Of a stretch of 64,000 nucleotides of DNA, positions 1 through 9,839 are shown piece after piece (position 1 is the stretch's first letter; each line of letters opens with the position of its first letter). Source of the stretch: Candidatus Latescibacterota bacterium. GTDB lineage: Bacteria; Latescibacterota; UBA2968; UBA8231. The position numbers and the translations under genes were made by a program. The notes below the pieces were generated by a model. The model saw only the letters and a program-made list of their open reading frames with translations, did not search any database and was not told the DNA's origin. The stretch is from assembly GCA_965217585.1 (NCBI GenBank), contig OZ244561.1, positions 64,001-128,000 of the forward strand, in the 5' to 3' direction.

Positions 1-1304
1 TGCAAGAGGCGTTGCAAAAACCCGGCTATGTCATCGAAACCGCTGCGGACGGTGCCCAAACGCGCCGGATGCTGGGAGCCGGCGACTTCCACTTGGCCAT
101 TCTCGACTTGCAGATGCCCGGCCCCTCTGGGATGCAACTTTTGCAGGAGGTCGGCCAGCACCACCCCGACACCCTGTGCATCATACTCACGGCCCATGAC
201 AACGTCCACACCGCGGTCGAAGCCATGCGCAAAGGTGCGTACGACGTAGTGACCAAACCCGTCGATCTAGACCATTTGCGCCTCGTAGTCGCCCGCGCAC
301 TCGATCGCTTCGAACTCGTCGTCGAAAACCGCAAGCTCCACAACCGCCTCGAAAAAGAAGCCCCCTTCCGCCGCCTCGTGCGCCACAGCCCGGCCATGCA
401 GGCCGCCGCGGCCACGATCAAACAAGTGGCCCAAACGGATGTGCCGGTACTCCTGCGCGGCGAGACCGGCGTCGGCAAGGATTTGGTAGCACGCGCCATC
501 CACGAGCGCAGCAAGCGGCGAGACGCCCCCTTTGTGGCCGTCAACTGCGGCGGCTTCACTGAAGAGCTTTTTACCAGCGAACTGTTCGGCCACAAACGCG
601 GGGCCTTTACCAGTGCCCACGCCGACCGACCCGGCCGTTTCACCCTCGCCGAGGGCGGGACCCTCTTCCTCGACGAAATCGGCGAGGTCTCGCACAAAAA
701 TCAGGTCGAGCTATTGCGCGTCCTCGAGTCTCACGAGTTCCAACCGCTCGGGGACCCGCAGGTCCACCGCGCCGATGTGCGCATCATCGCCGCGACCAAC
801 CGCGACCTCGAAGACGCTGTCGCAACAGGTGCCTTCCGCGAAGACCTGTACTACCGACTCAACGTGATCCCCATCGACATTCCCCCCTTGCGCCAGCGGC
901 GAGAAGACATCCCAGTCTTGGTCGAAATGTGCCTCGACGAAGCCTGCCGCGCTCAGAACAAGCCCCCCAAGAAAATCAGCCCGGAAGCCATGGAGGGCCT
1001 CATCGCCTATAATTGGCCGGGCAATGTGCGCCAGTTGCGCAACCTGCTCCAGCGACTCGTGGTCACCACCCCGGCTGCGGTCATCCTCCCCGAGCACCTG
1101 CCCGGACCGCTCGGCGAACTCGCCGATGGCCCCGGGCAGTTCTCAATGGCCCTCGGCTCTTCCCTGCAAGAGGTCGAAGCCGAGCTCATCCGCCAGACCC
1201 TCCAACGCCTCACGGGCAACCGCCGCGAAGCGGCCGCCATTTTGGGTATTAGCGTCCGCTCCCTCCAGTACAAGCTCAAGCGATACAACATCACAACTAA
1301 GTAG
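1..1304 (+). CDS. Sigma-54-dependent response regulator (NtrC/AtoC family; REC-AAA+-HTH), 5' end outside the window
   Basis: Receiver motif ILDLQMPG, Walker A GETGVGKD, GAFTSA loop, LFLDEIGE, WPGNVRQL and a C-terminal Fis-type HTH. The frame is open to the window edge. Confidence 0.93.
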   Translation, partial: QEALQKPGYVIETAADGAQTRRMLGAGDFHLAILDLQMPGPSGMQLLQEVGQHHPDTLCIILTAHDNVHTAVEAMRKGAYDVVTKPVDLDHLRLVVARALDRFELVVENRKLHNRLEKEAPFRRLVRHSPAMQAAAATIKQVAQTDVPVLLRGETGVGKDLVARAIHERSKRRDAPFVAVNCGGFTEELFTSELFGHKRGAFTSAHADRPGRFTLAEGGTLFLDEIGEVSHKNQVELLRVLESHEFQPLGDPQVHRADVRIIAATNRDLEDAVATGAFREDLYYRLNVIPIDIPPLRQRREDIPVLVEMCLDEACRAQNKPPKKISPEAMEGLIAYNWPGNVRQLRNLLQRLVVTTPAAVILPEHLPGPLGELADGPGQFSMALGSSLQEVEAELIRQTLQRLTGNRREAAAILGISVRSLQYKLKRYNITTK

Positions 1305-1420
1305 CACCTGCATTTTTTGCACTTTTGCACTTGCGCGGCCCTTCGACCCACTCCTAGCCCAGCAGTGTCTTTTTCGTAAGTAAATTATTCACAATGCCTT
1401 AACTGGCAAGCGAATAAATG

Positions 1421-1436
1421 TGGCATTGGATTTGCT
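1421..1436 (+). promoter_or_regulatory. Sigma-54 (-24/-12) promoter
   Basis: TGGCATTGGATTTGCT has exact GG-N10-GC spacing. An AT-rich IHF-like tract (1375-1403) and TGCA-N5-TGCA (1309-1321) lie upstream. Confidence 0.75.
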
Positions 1437-1446
1437 TATCTATACG

Positions 1447-1526
1447 TAGGTCGAAATGAGCGCCTCTCACCCCTCCGCGCAACAGGGAGGGTTTCACGGC
1501 GCGTATCGACCTTAACTATTTGTTAA
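1447..1526 (+). ncRNA. Candidate structured sRNA or 5' leader starting at the predicted sigma-54 +1
   Basis: Nested stems: 1448-1454/1506-1512 (AGGTCGA/TCGACCT), 1460-1464/1498-1502 and 1471-1476/1486-1491. No family recognised. Confidence 0.35.
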
Positions 1527-1752
1527 TACAGAGCAAACAATTTTGTCTCACCAAGTATTGAACAACGCGGGGGCGTTTTACAGCCCTCAACTGAAACGGT
1601 GAGAATGCAAATTATGCACTTTGGAACACTGGAACCCGACGCTTCTAACTCGCGCAATTTAAGCGCTTTGCGGAACGTCGGCCCAAAATTGTTGCAACTG
1701 AGTGCAAAAATTTGTGCCTGCTGAACCCATTTACCCAAGGAAGGTTTCGCAC

Positions 1753-2625
1753 ATGGCTTACGCGATCCAAGAAGCCCTAAGCGACGAGGACAACACACTG
1801 CGCCTCTACTTCGATGACATTGCCGAGTCTCGGCCGCTGAGCCGTCAGCGGGAAGTCGAGCTGTCGGCACGAATCCAAGACGGCGACATAGCCGCCCGCG
1901 ACGAATTGGTTCAAGCCAACCTGCGCTTCGTCATCGATGTGGCCAAAAACTACCAGAACCGCGGTCTCTCGCTAGAGGACCTGATCAGCGCGGGCAACGT
2001 AGGTTTGCTGACCGCTGCCGAGCGCTTCGACGGCACCAAGGGATACAAGTTCATCTCGTACGCCGTATGGTGGATCAAGCAGTCCATCTTGCAGACCATT
2101 GCCGAGCACGCCCGCACCGTGCGCCTGCCGCTGAACAAGCTCAGCCTGCTCAAGGACATTTCGCGGGCTGTGCGCAAGCTGGGCCAAGGCCGCGAGAGCG
2201 AGCCAGATGTCGAGGAAATCGCTGCTGAGTTGGGCCTGCCAACCGAGGAGGTCCTCGACACGATGCTCAGCGCCCGCTCGGTGCGCTCGCTCGACGAGTC
2301 CTTTGAAGACGACGACGACCGCAGCCTGCTCAGCCTCCTCGCCGACGACAATCAGGAGACGCCCGACAGCGACGTCTTGCAAAGCTCGGCCCGCGCCCAC
2401 TTAGAGGAAGCCCTCGCTAGCCTCGAAGACCGCGAGTTGCGCATCATTCGCCTCTACTTCGGTCTCGACGGCAGCCAAGCTCTGACCTTGGAGCAGATCG
2501 GCGGGTTGATGGGCCTGACGCGGGAGCGCGTGCGCCAGCTCAAGGAGCGCGCCCTGAGCAAGCTCCGCCACCCGACTCGCTACCAGTCGCTCCTCGCGTT
2601 GGTAGATGAGACAGAGTTTTACTAG
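1753..2625 (+). CDS. RNA polymerase sigma-70 factor, RpoD/SigA family (short form lacking region 1.1)
   Basis: Motifs ANLRFV, DLISAGNVGL, KFISYAVWWIKQ and TLEQIG..LTRERVRQ. ATG at 1753 follows AAGGAAGG. Confidence 0.92.
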   Translation: MAYAIQEALSDEDNTLRLYFDDIAESRPLSRQREVELSARIQDGDIAARDELVQANLRFVIDVAKNYQNRGLSLEDLISAGNVGLLTAAERFDGTKGYKFISYAVWWIKQSILQTIAEHARTVRLPLNKLSLLKDISRAVRKLGQGRESEPDVEEIAAELGLPTEEVLDTMLSARSVRSLDESFEDDDDRSLLSLLADDNQETPDSDVLQSSARAHLEEALASLEDRELRIIRLYFGLDGSQALTLEQIGGLMGLTRERVRQLKERALSKLRHPTRYQSLLALVDETEFY

Positions 2626-2717
2626 GATTGAAAGCGAGTCCGCGGCCCGCGCTTAGGGCAGCGGACCGCTAATTGGTAGGGATGTAGTAGGGGGTCTTGC
2701 GGGCGGCGCCTGACTAC

Positions 2718-3491
2718 TCAGCCTTCGCCCTCCCGCAATTTCTTGAGTTCGTCGCGCAAAAGCGCGGCTTTTTCAAATTCTTCGCTATCAACCGCTTCTT
2801 GTAGCCAGCGCTCTAGCTGCTCCTTTTGGCTCAGCGGCCTCTTTTGCAAAATCTCCTGCTCCAACTCCTCGAGCGCGGCTTCTGAACGCTCGCGCTCGAG
2901 GTAGAATTCCTCGGCCTCCACCTCGGGCCACGTGCCAATCCGCGCGCGGGTCTGCCGCACGATGGCCAATGCGCTGTCGTAGTCTTGATCGCCGACGGCA
3001 ATCATGGCCCGGGCCACGCCGTTGATGCGCAATATATAAGGCCACCATTTCTCTAGATTATCGCGGTCCTCTTCGCGCTCGGCATAGCGGTTGACAAACC
3101 GAAAGAGCGCCATATTGCGCTCGGTATCGCGCACGACCCGCCGGTAGTCGTGCAGTTGGATCAGAAAGGCATAGCGCTTGTACAAGCGGCTCCCCTCGTC
3201 GAAAAGCTCGCGGCAAGCCGCTTCATCGAGCGCGAAGCCCTCGTCGCTGGCCCCGTGCTCGCGGCGGTATTTTTCTAACTCGCCTCGGTAGTAATCCAGA
3301 GCAAAGTCCCGCCCGTGGGGCCGGCGGCCATCGGGCCGACCATCGAGATTTAGCTGCAAAATGCCCTGAAAGGCCCCTTGATCCACCCGGATCTGAATCT
3401 TCGCAACCCCGTCCCTTCCCGATACTTTCCGCACATTCGCCTCTGGATCGAAGGACCATTCATTTAATAGGTCGGTCATATCTCGACTCAT
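2718..3491 (-). CDS. Conserved protein with a C-terminal UvrB/UvrC (UVR) motif
   Basis: C-terminal LQEAVDSEEFEKAALLRDELK. N-terminal GRPDGRRPHG region has no known function. GAGG precedes the ATG at 3491. Confidence 0.75.
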   Translation of the reverse strand: MSRDMTDLLNEWSFDPEANVRKVSGRDGVAKIQIRVDQGAFQGILQLNLDGRPDGRRPHGRDFALDYYRGELEKYRREHGASDEGFALDEAACRELFDEGSRLYKRYAFLIQLHDYRRVVRDTERNMALFRFVNRYAEREEDRDNLEKWWPYILRINGVARAMIAVGDQDYDSALAIVRQTRARIGTWPEVEAEEFYLERERSEAALEELEQEILQKRPLSQKEQLERWLQEAVDSEEFEKAALLRDELKKLREGEG

Positions 3492-3842
3492 GCCAACCTC
3501 GCACAACTGCTTTTTACTGACATTTCAGGCCTCGCGCCTGCAGGACGGAAATTCTCATCGCAGAATAATAACCGGGTTGATGCGTTACGGCAATGACCTT
3601 CCCTCAGCCGCAGGTACCATACCATTCCCGCAGACCTTCTGGACCCTGGCCTGCGATGGCATAGTTTATGCTACAACAATGTACGACACATTCTTTACAT
3701 TTACTTGAATGACGCCCTCTTGCGGCGCGTGACACTGTATTTTTGGTCGATTTTTCGCTTTTCACAACGAATATGTGGTCTTTTGATATTTACAAAAATG
3801 TCATTTTAGACCATACTAACAACAAAAACGTCGTAAAATAGG

Positions 3843-5396
3843 ATGCCGTACATGTCCACCCTACCGACCGCCAGTGCCCAACAACATATCTCCATCCTAC
3901 ACGAAATCGGGCAAATACTAGGCTCGACAACCGAGTTTGAGGAGGCTCTCAACGTCATTCTCAAGCTTATGTGCGACCAGCTCAACATGAGCTTGGGGAC
4001 AGTCAGCCTCTTGAGCCAAGAAGCCACCGAAGTCTCCATCGACGTGGCTTATGGACTCTCGCAATCGGAAATCAAGCGAGGCCGCTACGACGTCGGGGAA
4101 GGGATCACCGGCAAGGTCGTAGAATCTGGCAAACCCGTGATCGTGCCGCGCATCAGCAGCGAGCCTCTCTTCCTCAACCGCACCGGTGCCCGCGGCAGCG
4201 CGGCCAAGAGCCAGACCTCGTTCATTTGCGTACCCATCCTACAGCAGCAGCAGGTAGTAGGCACCATTAGCGTCGATATTCCTTATAAAGACAACGAAAG
4301 CCTGCAAGATACCGTGCGCTTGCTGTCCATTATATCCGTCATGATCGGCCAATCGGTCGCCGCCCGCCAACGCGCCCGCGTCGAGCGAATCCAGCTTCTC
4401 GACGAAAACTTGCGCCTACAAAACGAGCTCCGTGAACGCTTCCACCCCACCAACCTCATCGGCAACTCCCGCCCCATGCAGGAGGCTTGCCAACTCATCG
4501 GCCAAGTGGCACCCAGCGACGCCACGGTCCTGTTGCGCGGCGCGAGCGGCACAGGTAAGGAACTGGCCGCAGATGCCATACATTACAACAGCTTACGCGC
4601 CGACAAACCTTTTGTCAAAGTGCATGTCGCCGCCCTGCCGGAAACCTTGGTCGAATCCGAGCTATTCGGCCACGAGCGCGGGGCTTACACCGGGGCCTCG
4701 ACTAGCAAAGCTGGCCGATTTGAACGAGCGAGCGGCGGAACAATTTTCCTCGACGAAATCGGCGAGCTTAGCCTGGGTGCGCAGGTCAAACTGCTCCGCG
4801 TGCTGCAAAATCGCGAAATCGAGCGCCTCGGTGGTCGCGGCCCAGTATCGGTTGATGTCCGCGTCGTGGCGGCAACCCACATAGATCTGGAAAAAGCCAT
4901 AGCCGAGGGGACCTTCCGCGAGGATCTATACTACCGACTCAATGTCTTTCCCATCTTCATTCCGCCCTTGCGCGAGCGCAAATCCGACGTCGTCCAGCTC
5001 GCTGACCACTTCCTCGAAAAGTACTCCCGCCAGCACGACGTGGAGATGTACCGCATCTCTACCCCCGCCATTGACATGATGATGAGCTACCACTGGCCGG
5101 GCAACGTGCGCGAGTTGGAAAACTGCATTGAACGAGCGATCATTCTCAGTAATGACGGCGTCATCCACGGCCACCACCTGCCCCCCTCCTTGCAAACGGC
5201 TGACGCTACCGGAACGCCGGTCGCCGGTTCGTTTAATACGATGATGCGGGCCTATGAACGAGAAATCATCATCGAGGCCCTCAAAAACGCCCGCGGCAAT
5301 ATGGCCAAGGCCGCCCGCACCCTCGGCACTACGACCCGCATTTTCTCTTATCGCATCGAGAAACTAGACATCTGCCCAAAAAACTACAAGAAGTAG
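3843..5396 (+). CDS. NifA-like sigma-54 enhancer-binding protein (GAF-AAA+-HTH)
   Basis: N-terminal GAF ([15 protein letters not shown]), [24 protein letters not shown] and HTH. Confidence 0.9.
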   Translation: MPYMSTLPTASAQQHISILHEIGQILGSTTEFEEALNVILKLMCDQLNMSLGTVSLLSQEATEVSIDVAYGLSQSEIKRGRYDVGEGITGKVVESGKPVIVPRISSEPLFLNRTGARGSAAKSQTSFICVPILQQQQVVGTISVDIPYKDNESLQDTVRLLSIISVMIGQSVAARQRARVERIQLLDENLRLQNELRERFHPTNLIGNSRPMQEACQLIGQVAPSDATVLLRGASGTGKELAADAIHYNSLRADKPFVKVHVAALPETLVESELFGHERGAYTGASTSKAGRFERASGGTIFLDEIGELSLGAQVKLLRVLQNREIERLGGRGPVSVDVRVVAATHIDLEKAIAEGTFREDLYYRLNVFPIFIPPLRERKSDVVQLADHFLEKYSRQHDVEMYRISTPAIDMMMSYHWPGNVRELENCIERAIILSNDGVIHGHHLPPSLQTADATGTPVAGSFNTMMRAYEREIIIEALKNARGNMAKAARTLGTTTRIFSYRIEKLDICPKNYKK

Positions 5397-5403
5397 CCAC
5401 ACA

Positions 5404-5448
5404 AACTACAAAATTGTAATTTTTTGAGACTGTTTCAATTTTGTAGTT
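5404..5448. promoter_or_regulatory. Putative upstream activator site: perfect 13-bp inverted repeat
   Basis: AACTACAAAATTG (5404-5416) and CAATTTTGTAGTT (5436-5448), about 100 bp upstream of a sigma-54 promoter. Confidence 0.65.
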
Positions 5449-5540
5449 ATGCTGACCTCGTTCCTCTCTTTATTGTTATTTTTCCTAACTCCCTAATTTA
5501 CAATAAGCTACAATTCTGAAGTGTCTGCGCCCAATCCACT

Positions 5541-5556
5541 TGGCACATTTCTTGCC
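5541..5556 (+). promoter_or_regulatory. Sigma-54 (-24/-12) promoter of the amtB operon
   Basis: TGGCACATTTCTTGCC is near consensus with GG-N10-GC spacing. Confidence 0.85.
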
Positions 5557-5633
5557 TTATAGCAATCCGATGTTCGCATCCACGAGGCGTCGATCGGATG
5601 CCTCCTCATACCTCACAAGGGAAGGGATTGCCC

Positions 5634-6980
5634 ATGTCTGTTTTTCGCAACCGTCCTTCGCTCTTATGGATCAGTGCCGGGGTCCTCGGAGCGACTACAC
5701 AGGCTTCAGCGGGGGATTTCACAACCGTAGAAGCCTTCCAGGCCATGCCCTTGGCCTATCCCAAATTCATGGTGGACAACCTGTGGCTTCTCATCGCCGC
5801 AGCCTTGGTCTTCGTCATGCACTTGGGCTTTGCCACGCTCGAATCCGGCCTGACCCGGCAGAAGAACACGGTCAACATCCTCTTCAAGAACCTCTTTGTC
5901 ATCTCAGCCGGCATCCTCACCTACGCCTTGTGCGGCTTCAACATCATGTATCCGGGCGACGATTGGCTCATCGCCAATGTGCTGGCCCTCAAGGGTTGGA
6001 TCGGCTTTGACGACGATGTGGCTAACCTGACCAATCAGTACGCAGATTACACCTATTGGTCGGACTTCATCTTCCAGGCCATGTTTGCCGCCACTGCCGC
6101 CACCATCGTCTCCGGTGCGGTGGCCGAGCGCGTCAAGCTGTCGGGCTTCATGCTCTACGCCGCGATCTTGGTGGCCTTTGGCTACACCATAGCAGGCTCC
6201 TGGAAGTGGGGTGGCGGCTGGCTCGATGACCTCGGTTTCTACGACTTTGCTGGCTCCTCGGTAGTGCACGCCTTTGGCGGCTTCTCGGCCCTCGCCGCCG
6301 TCATGGTGCTCGGGGCGCGCAAGGGCAAGTACCACAACGGGGAAATCAGGCCCATCCTCGGCCACAGCATGCCGCTGTCAACTATCGGCGTCTTCATGCT
6401 CTGGCTCGGCTGGTTCGGCTTCAACGGCGGCTCGGTGCTCAGCGCCGACCCGGCGGCTATATCGCTGGTCTTTGTCACCACGTCCCTCGCCGCTGCGGCC
6501 GGTTGTATGGCCTCGATTTTTACCTCCTATATCTATCTTAAAAAGCCCGACATCACCATGGCTCTCAACGGCATCCTCGCCGGCCTAGTCGGCATCACGG
6601 CCGGGGCCGACGTGGTCACTTGGGCCGGGGCCATCTGGATTGGACTGATCGCCGGGATCATCGTCGTCTTCGCCATTGTCTTTATCGACCGCATCAAGAT
6701 CGACGATCCGGTCGGTGCCATCTCCGTCCACGGTATCTGCGGCATCTGGGGCACGGTCGCGGTCGGGCTGTTCAGCACCAACGCCGACCACAGCGTAGGT
6801 ACCCAAATATTGGGCACCCTGTCTTACGCCATCTTCGCCTTTGTCTTCTCCTTTGTCCTCGCGACCATTGTCAAGGCGATACTCGGGTTCCGCGTCGATG
6901 AGGAGGACGAGGACGAGGGCCTCGACCTAAGCGAGCACGGCCAGCCCGCGTACGCGGATTTCCAGCACATCAACAACTAA
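5634..6980 (+). CDS. amtB: Ammonium transporter
   Basis: Motifs FQAMFAAT, DFAGSSVVH, WFGFNGGS and DDPVGAISVHG. ATG at 5634 follows a purine-rich RBS. Confidence 0.96.
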   Translation: MSVFRNRPSLLWISAGVLGATTQASAGDFTTVEAFQAMPLAYPKFMVDNLWLLIAAALVFVMHLGFATLESGLTRQKNTVNILFKNLFVISAGILTYALCGFNIMYPGDDWLIANVLALKGWIGFDDDVANLTNQYADYTYWSDFIFQAMFAATAATIVSGAVAERVKLSGFMLYAAILVAFGYTIAGSWKWGGGWLDDLGFYDFAGSSVVHAFGGFSALAAVMVLGARKGKYHNGEIRPILGHSMPLSTIGVFMLWLGWFGFNGGSVLSADPAAISLVFVTTSLAAAAGCMASIFTSYIYLKKPDITMALNGILAGLVGITAGADVVTWAGAIWIGLIAGIIVVFAIVFIDRIKIDDPVGAISVHGICGIWGTVAVGLFSTNADHSVGTQILGTLSYAIFAFVFSFVLATIVKAILGFRVDEEDEDEGLDLSEHGQPAYADFQHINN

Positions 6981-6998
6981 GCGAGGGGAGAACCAACG

Positions 6999-7337
6999 AT
7001 GTATAAAATTGAAGCCTTTCTCCGGCCATCGGCCCTTGAAGACGTGCAGAAGGCCCTGGGCGAACGGGGCATCGCCGGCATGTCCGTAACCGAAGTGCGG
7101 GGCTTTGGCCGCCAGCGCGGCCACCGCGAGGTCTATCGCGGCGCCGAGTACCGCATTGATTTCGTCCCCAAGATCAAAGTCGAGGTCGTCGTCAAGGACG
7201 CAGACCACGAGCAGGCGATCAACACCATCGTCGAGGCAGCCAAATCCGGCAAAGTCGGCGACGGCAAGGTCTTCGCCTCGCCGATCCAAGAAGCTGTGCG
7301 CATCCGCACCGGCGAGACGGGCGAAAGCGCCCTGTGA
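6999..7337 (+). CDS. glnK: PII nitrogen regulatory protein
   Basis: T-loop GFGRQRGHREVYRGAEY and GKVGDGKVF; 112 aa; directly after amtB. Confidence 0.95.
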   Translation: MYKIEAFLRPSALEDVQKALGERGIAGMSVTEVRGFGRQRGHREVYRGAEYRIDFVPKIKVEVVVKDADHEQAINTIVEAAKSGKVGDGKVFASPIQEAVRIRTGETGESAL

Positions 7338-7344
7338 TATGCAA

Positions 7345-7375
7345 GGGGCCGGCGTGGCCCGTCTGCGCCGGCCCC
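7345..7375 (+). other. GC-rich intercistronic hairpin
   Basis: Stem GGGGCCGGCG/CGCCGGCCCC with no U-tract. Confidence 0.5.
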
Positions 7376-7437
7376 CCATCTCTTACACCATCAACGCAGC
7401 ACATCTCAACCCACCTAACCCACCCAAGGAGCATCTG

Positions 7438-8121
7438 ATGAACCGCTTGCTTTTTGCCGCACCCCTTCTCTTCGCGCTGACCTTAGCCGCCGTTCCGGCC
7501 GATGCCGGGGTTGGCTTTGGTGCCGACGTAGTCAATCGCTACGTGTGGCGCGGCACGGATTTTGGCAATGCCGTCAGCGTCCAGCCGGGCATGTCCATCA
7601 GCCACGGCAACGTCGAAATCGGCGCTTGGTCGTCGTGGGCAATCACCGACGGTGGCGCCAACGAAAACGACCTCTACGCCAGCTTCTCTTCCGGCCCTAT
7701 CGGCATTACCCTGACCGACTACTACTTCCCGGGCCTAACCGAAGATGACATGTTCTTTAGCTACAGCGACGAAGACGCAGTACATATCCTCGAAATCAGC
7801 GCGTCCCTCGCCCCCGATGGCGTACCCTTGAGCGCCCTAGTCGCTTACAATGTATCCGGCGACGCCGATGATTCGTTCTGGGCAGAAGCGACCTACGACT
7901 TGGGCGAAATGGAAGAAACCGCCGTCAGCGTCACCGTCGGCCTCGGCAACGGGTTTTACACATATGAACTCGACGAAGATCCGGACGACGGCGAAGATCC
8001 GGACGACACCGTGGCTCTGGTCACCGTCGGCCTCAACATGAGCAAGGGCGATTACTTCGCCTCCTATATCCTCAACCCCAACAGGGAATCCACCTTCCTC
8101 GTCTTTGGCAGGAGCTTCTAA
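7438..8121 (+). CDS. Putative outer-membrane beta-barrel protein (TorF/TIGR02001-like porin)
   Basis: Signal peptide, NRYVWRG and VQPG..GAWSS motifs, C-terminal Phe (LVFGRSF). RBS AAGGAG before ATG 7438. Confidence 0.75.
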   Translation: MNRLLFAAPLLFALTLAAVPADAGVGFGADVVNRYVWRGTDFGNAVSVQPGMSISHGNVEIGAWSSWAITDGGANENDLYASFSSGPIGITLTDYYFPGLTEDDMFFSYSDEDAVHILEISASLAPDGVPLSALVAYNVSGDADDSFWAEATYDLGEMEETAVSVTVGLGNGFYTYELDEDPDDGEDPDDTVALVTVGLNMSKGDYFASYILNPNRESTFLVFGRSF

Positions 8122-8169
8122 AACCTGGTCGGCATCCCGCGCAACTAAACGGCGGGAGCAGACCAGAAG

Positions 8170-8203
8170 CAGGGGGCGCGTGCTGCGGGGAACGCGCCCC
8201 CTG
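8170..8203 (+). other. GC-rich intercistronic hairpin before glnA
   Basis: Stem CAGGGGGCGCGT/ACGCGCCCCCTG. Confidence 0.5.
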
Positions 8204-8239
8204 ATCCCATCTCAACTACTTTTTGCGAAAGGAATTCTC

Positions 8240-9715
8240 ATGGCCAAAGCCAAAGCCAAGACCAAAACGAAAGCCAAAGCTAAAACGAAGTCATCCGGGC
8301 CTAGCGCGGTAGAGTCTGCGCTGGCCCTAGCACGCGACCAACAAGCACAGATGGTCGATTTCAAGTTCGTCGATCTGCCCGGCACTTGGCAGCATTTTAC
8401 CATGCCCATTGCCGACCTCGAACCCGACCTGTTCGACGACGGCCTCGGCTTCGACGGCTCCTCCATCCGCGGCTGGAAGGCCATTGACGAATCCGACATG
8501 CTCGTCGTGCCCGATCCAACCACCGCGGTCATGGATCCGTTCACCGAGGTGCCGACCCTGTCGCTGATTTGCTCGATTGAAGACCCCATCACCCGCCAGC
8601 CCTATGCCCGCGATCCCCGTGGCGTCGCCCAGCGCGCCCAAGCCTACTTGCTGCGCACCCAGCTGGCCGACACGGCCTTCTTCGGGCCGGAAGCGGAGTT
8701 TTTCATCTTCGACAACATCCAGTTCGACCAGCAAGCCCATCAAGCCTTCTATGCGATTGACTCAGCCGAAGGCCGCTGGAACAGCGGTGCCGACGAAGGG
8801 CCCAACCTCGGCTACAAGCCCGACTACAAGGGCGGCTACTTCCCCGTCCCTCCCACCGACTCCCTGCAAGACCTGCGCACTGAGATGGTGCAGACGATGC
8901 TCGACTGCGGCATCGACGTGGAGATTCACCACCACGAGGTGGGCACCGCCGGCCAAGGCGAGATCGACATCCGCTTTTGTCCGCTGCTTATTTGCGGCGA
9001 CCGGATGATGATGTATAAATACATCGTCAAGAATGTCGCGCATCAGCATGGCAAGACCGCCACGTTCATGCCCAAGCCGCTATTTGAGGACAACGGCACC
9101 GGCATGCACACTCACCAGAGTCTGTGGCAGGGCGACCAGCCGCTGTTTGCTGGCAGCGGCTACGCCGGCCTCAGCCAGATGGCCTTGCACTACATCGGCG
9201 GGCTGTTGCACCACGCACCGGCGCTGTTGGCATTCACTAATCCGACGACCAACTCCTACAAGCGGCTAGTGCCCGGCTACGAGGCCCCGGTCAACTTGGC
9301 TTACTCCCAGCGCAACCGCAGTGCCTCGGTGCGCATCCCGATGTATTCACCCAGTCCTAAGAGCAAGCGGGTGGAGTTCCGCTGCCCCGACCCGTCGTGC
9401 AACATCTACTTGGCGCTGTCGGCGATGCTGATGGCGGGGTTGGACGGCATTGAGCAGCAGATGGATCCGGGGGAACCACTGGACAAGAATCTGTATGATC
9501 TGTCGGCGGAGGAGCGAGCGGGCGTACCACAGACGGCGGCTTCGTTGGAGGCGTCGTTGGATCACTTGGAGCAGGATCGGGACTTTCTGTTGCAGGGGGA
9601 TGTGTTCTCCGACGACCTGATCGACGCGTGGATTGACTACAAGCGCACCGAGGAGGTCGATGCCATCCGCTTGCGTCCCCATCCCTATGAGTTCGCCCTC
9701 TACTACGACGTGTAA
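8240..9715 (+). CDS. glnA: Glutamine synthetase type I
   Basis: Motifs [31 protein letters not shown] and the NLYDL adenylylation motif. RBS AAAGGA before ATG 8240. Confidence 0.97.
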   Translation: MAKAKAKTKTKAKAKTKSSGPSAVESALALARDQQAQMVDFKFVDLPGTWQHFTMPIADLEPDLFDDGLGFDGSSIRGWKAIDESDMLVVPDPTTAVMDPFTEVPTLSLICSIEDPITRQPYARDPRGVAQRAQAYLLRTQLADTAFFGPEAEFFIFDNIQFDQQAHQAFYAIDSAEGRWNSGADEGPNLGYKPDYKGGYFPVPPTDSLQDLRTEMVQTMLDCGIDVEIHHHEVGTAGQGEIDIRFCPLLICGDRMMMYKYIVKNVAHQHGKTATFMPKPLFEDNGTGMHTHQSLWQGDQPLFAGSGYAGLSQMALHYIGGLLHHAPALLAFTNPTTNSYKRLVPGYEAPVNLAYSQRNRSASVRIPMYSPSPKSKRVEFRCPDPSCNIYLALSAMLMAGLDGIEQQMDPGEPLDKNLYDLSAEERAGVPQTAASLEASLDHLEQDRDFLLQGDVFSDDLIDAWIDYKRTEEVDAIRLRPHPYEFALYYDV

Positions 9716-9745
9716 ACAACTACCTACTACAAATACAAACGACAC

Positions 9746-9780
9746 AAAGGGGCGGTGCCAGCTTGGCATCGTCCCTTTTT
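9746..9780 (+). terminator. Rho-independent terminator after glnA
   Basis: AAAGGGGCGGTGCCA-GCT-TGGCATCGTCCCTTTTT. Confidence 0.75.
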
Positions 9781-9839
9781 ACATTTTGGTACGTCCGCGC
9801 GTTTTTCGTATATTCAGCCCCCCAAAATAAGGAGAATGT

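Noticed and set aside
1680-1718. Second sigma-54 promoter directly before the sigma factor
   Set aside because: GG-GC spacing is 12 on the plus strand and 11 on the minus strand, not the required 10.
3843-5396. True nifA or a nitrogen fixation locus
   Set aside because: No nif structural genes are in the window; the context is amtB-glnK-glnA.
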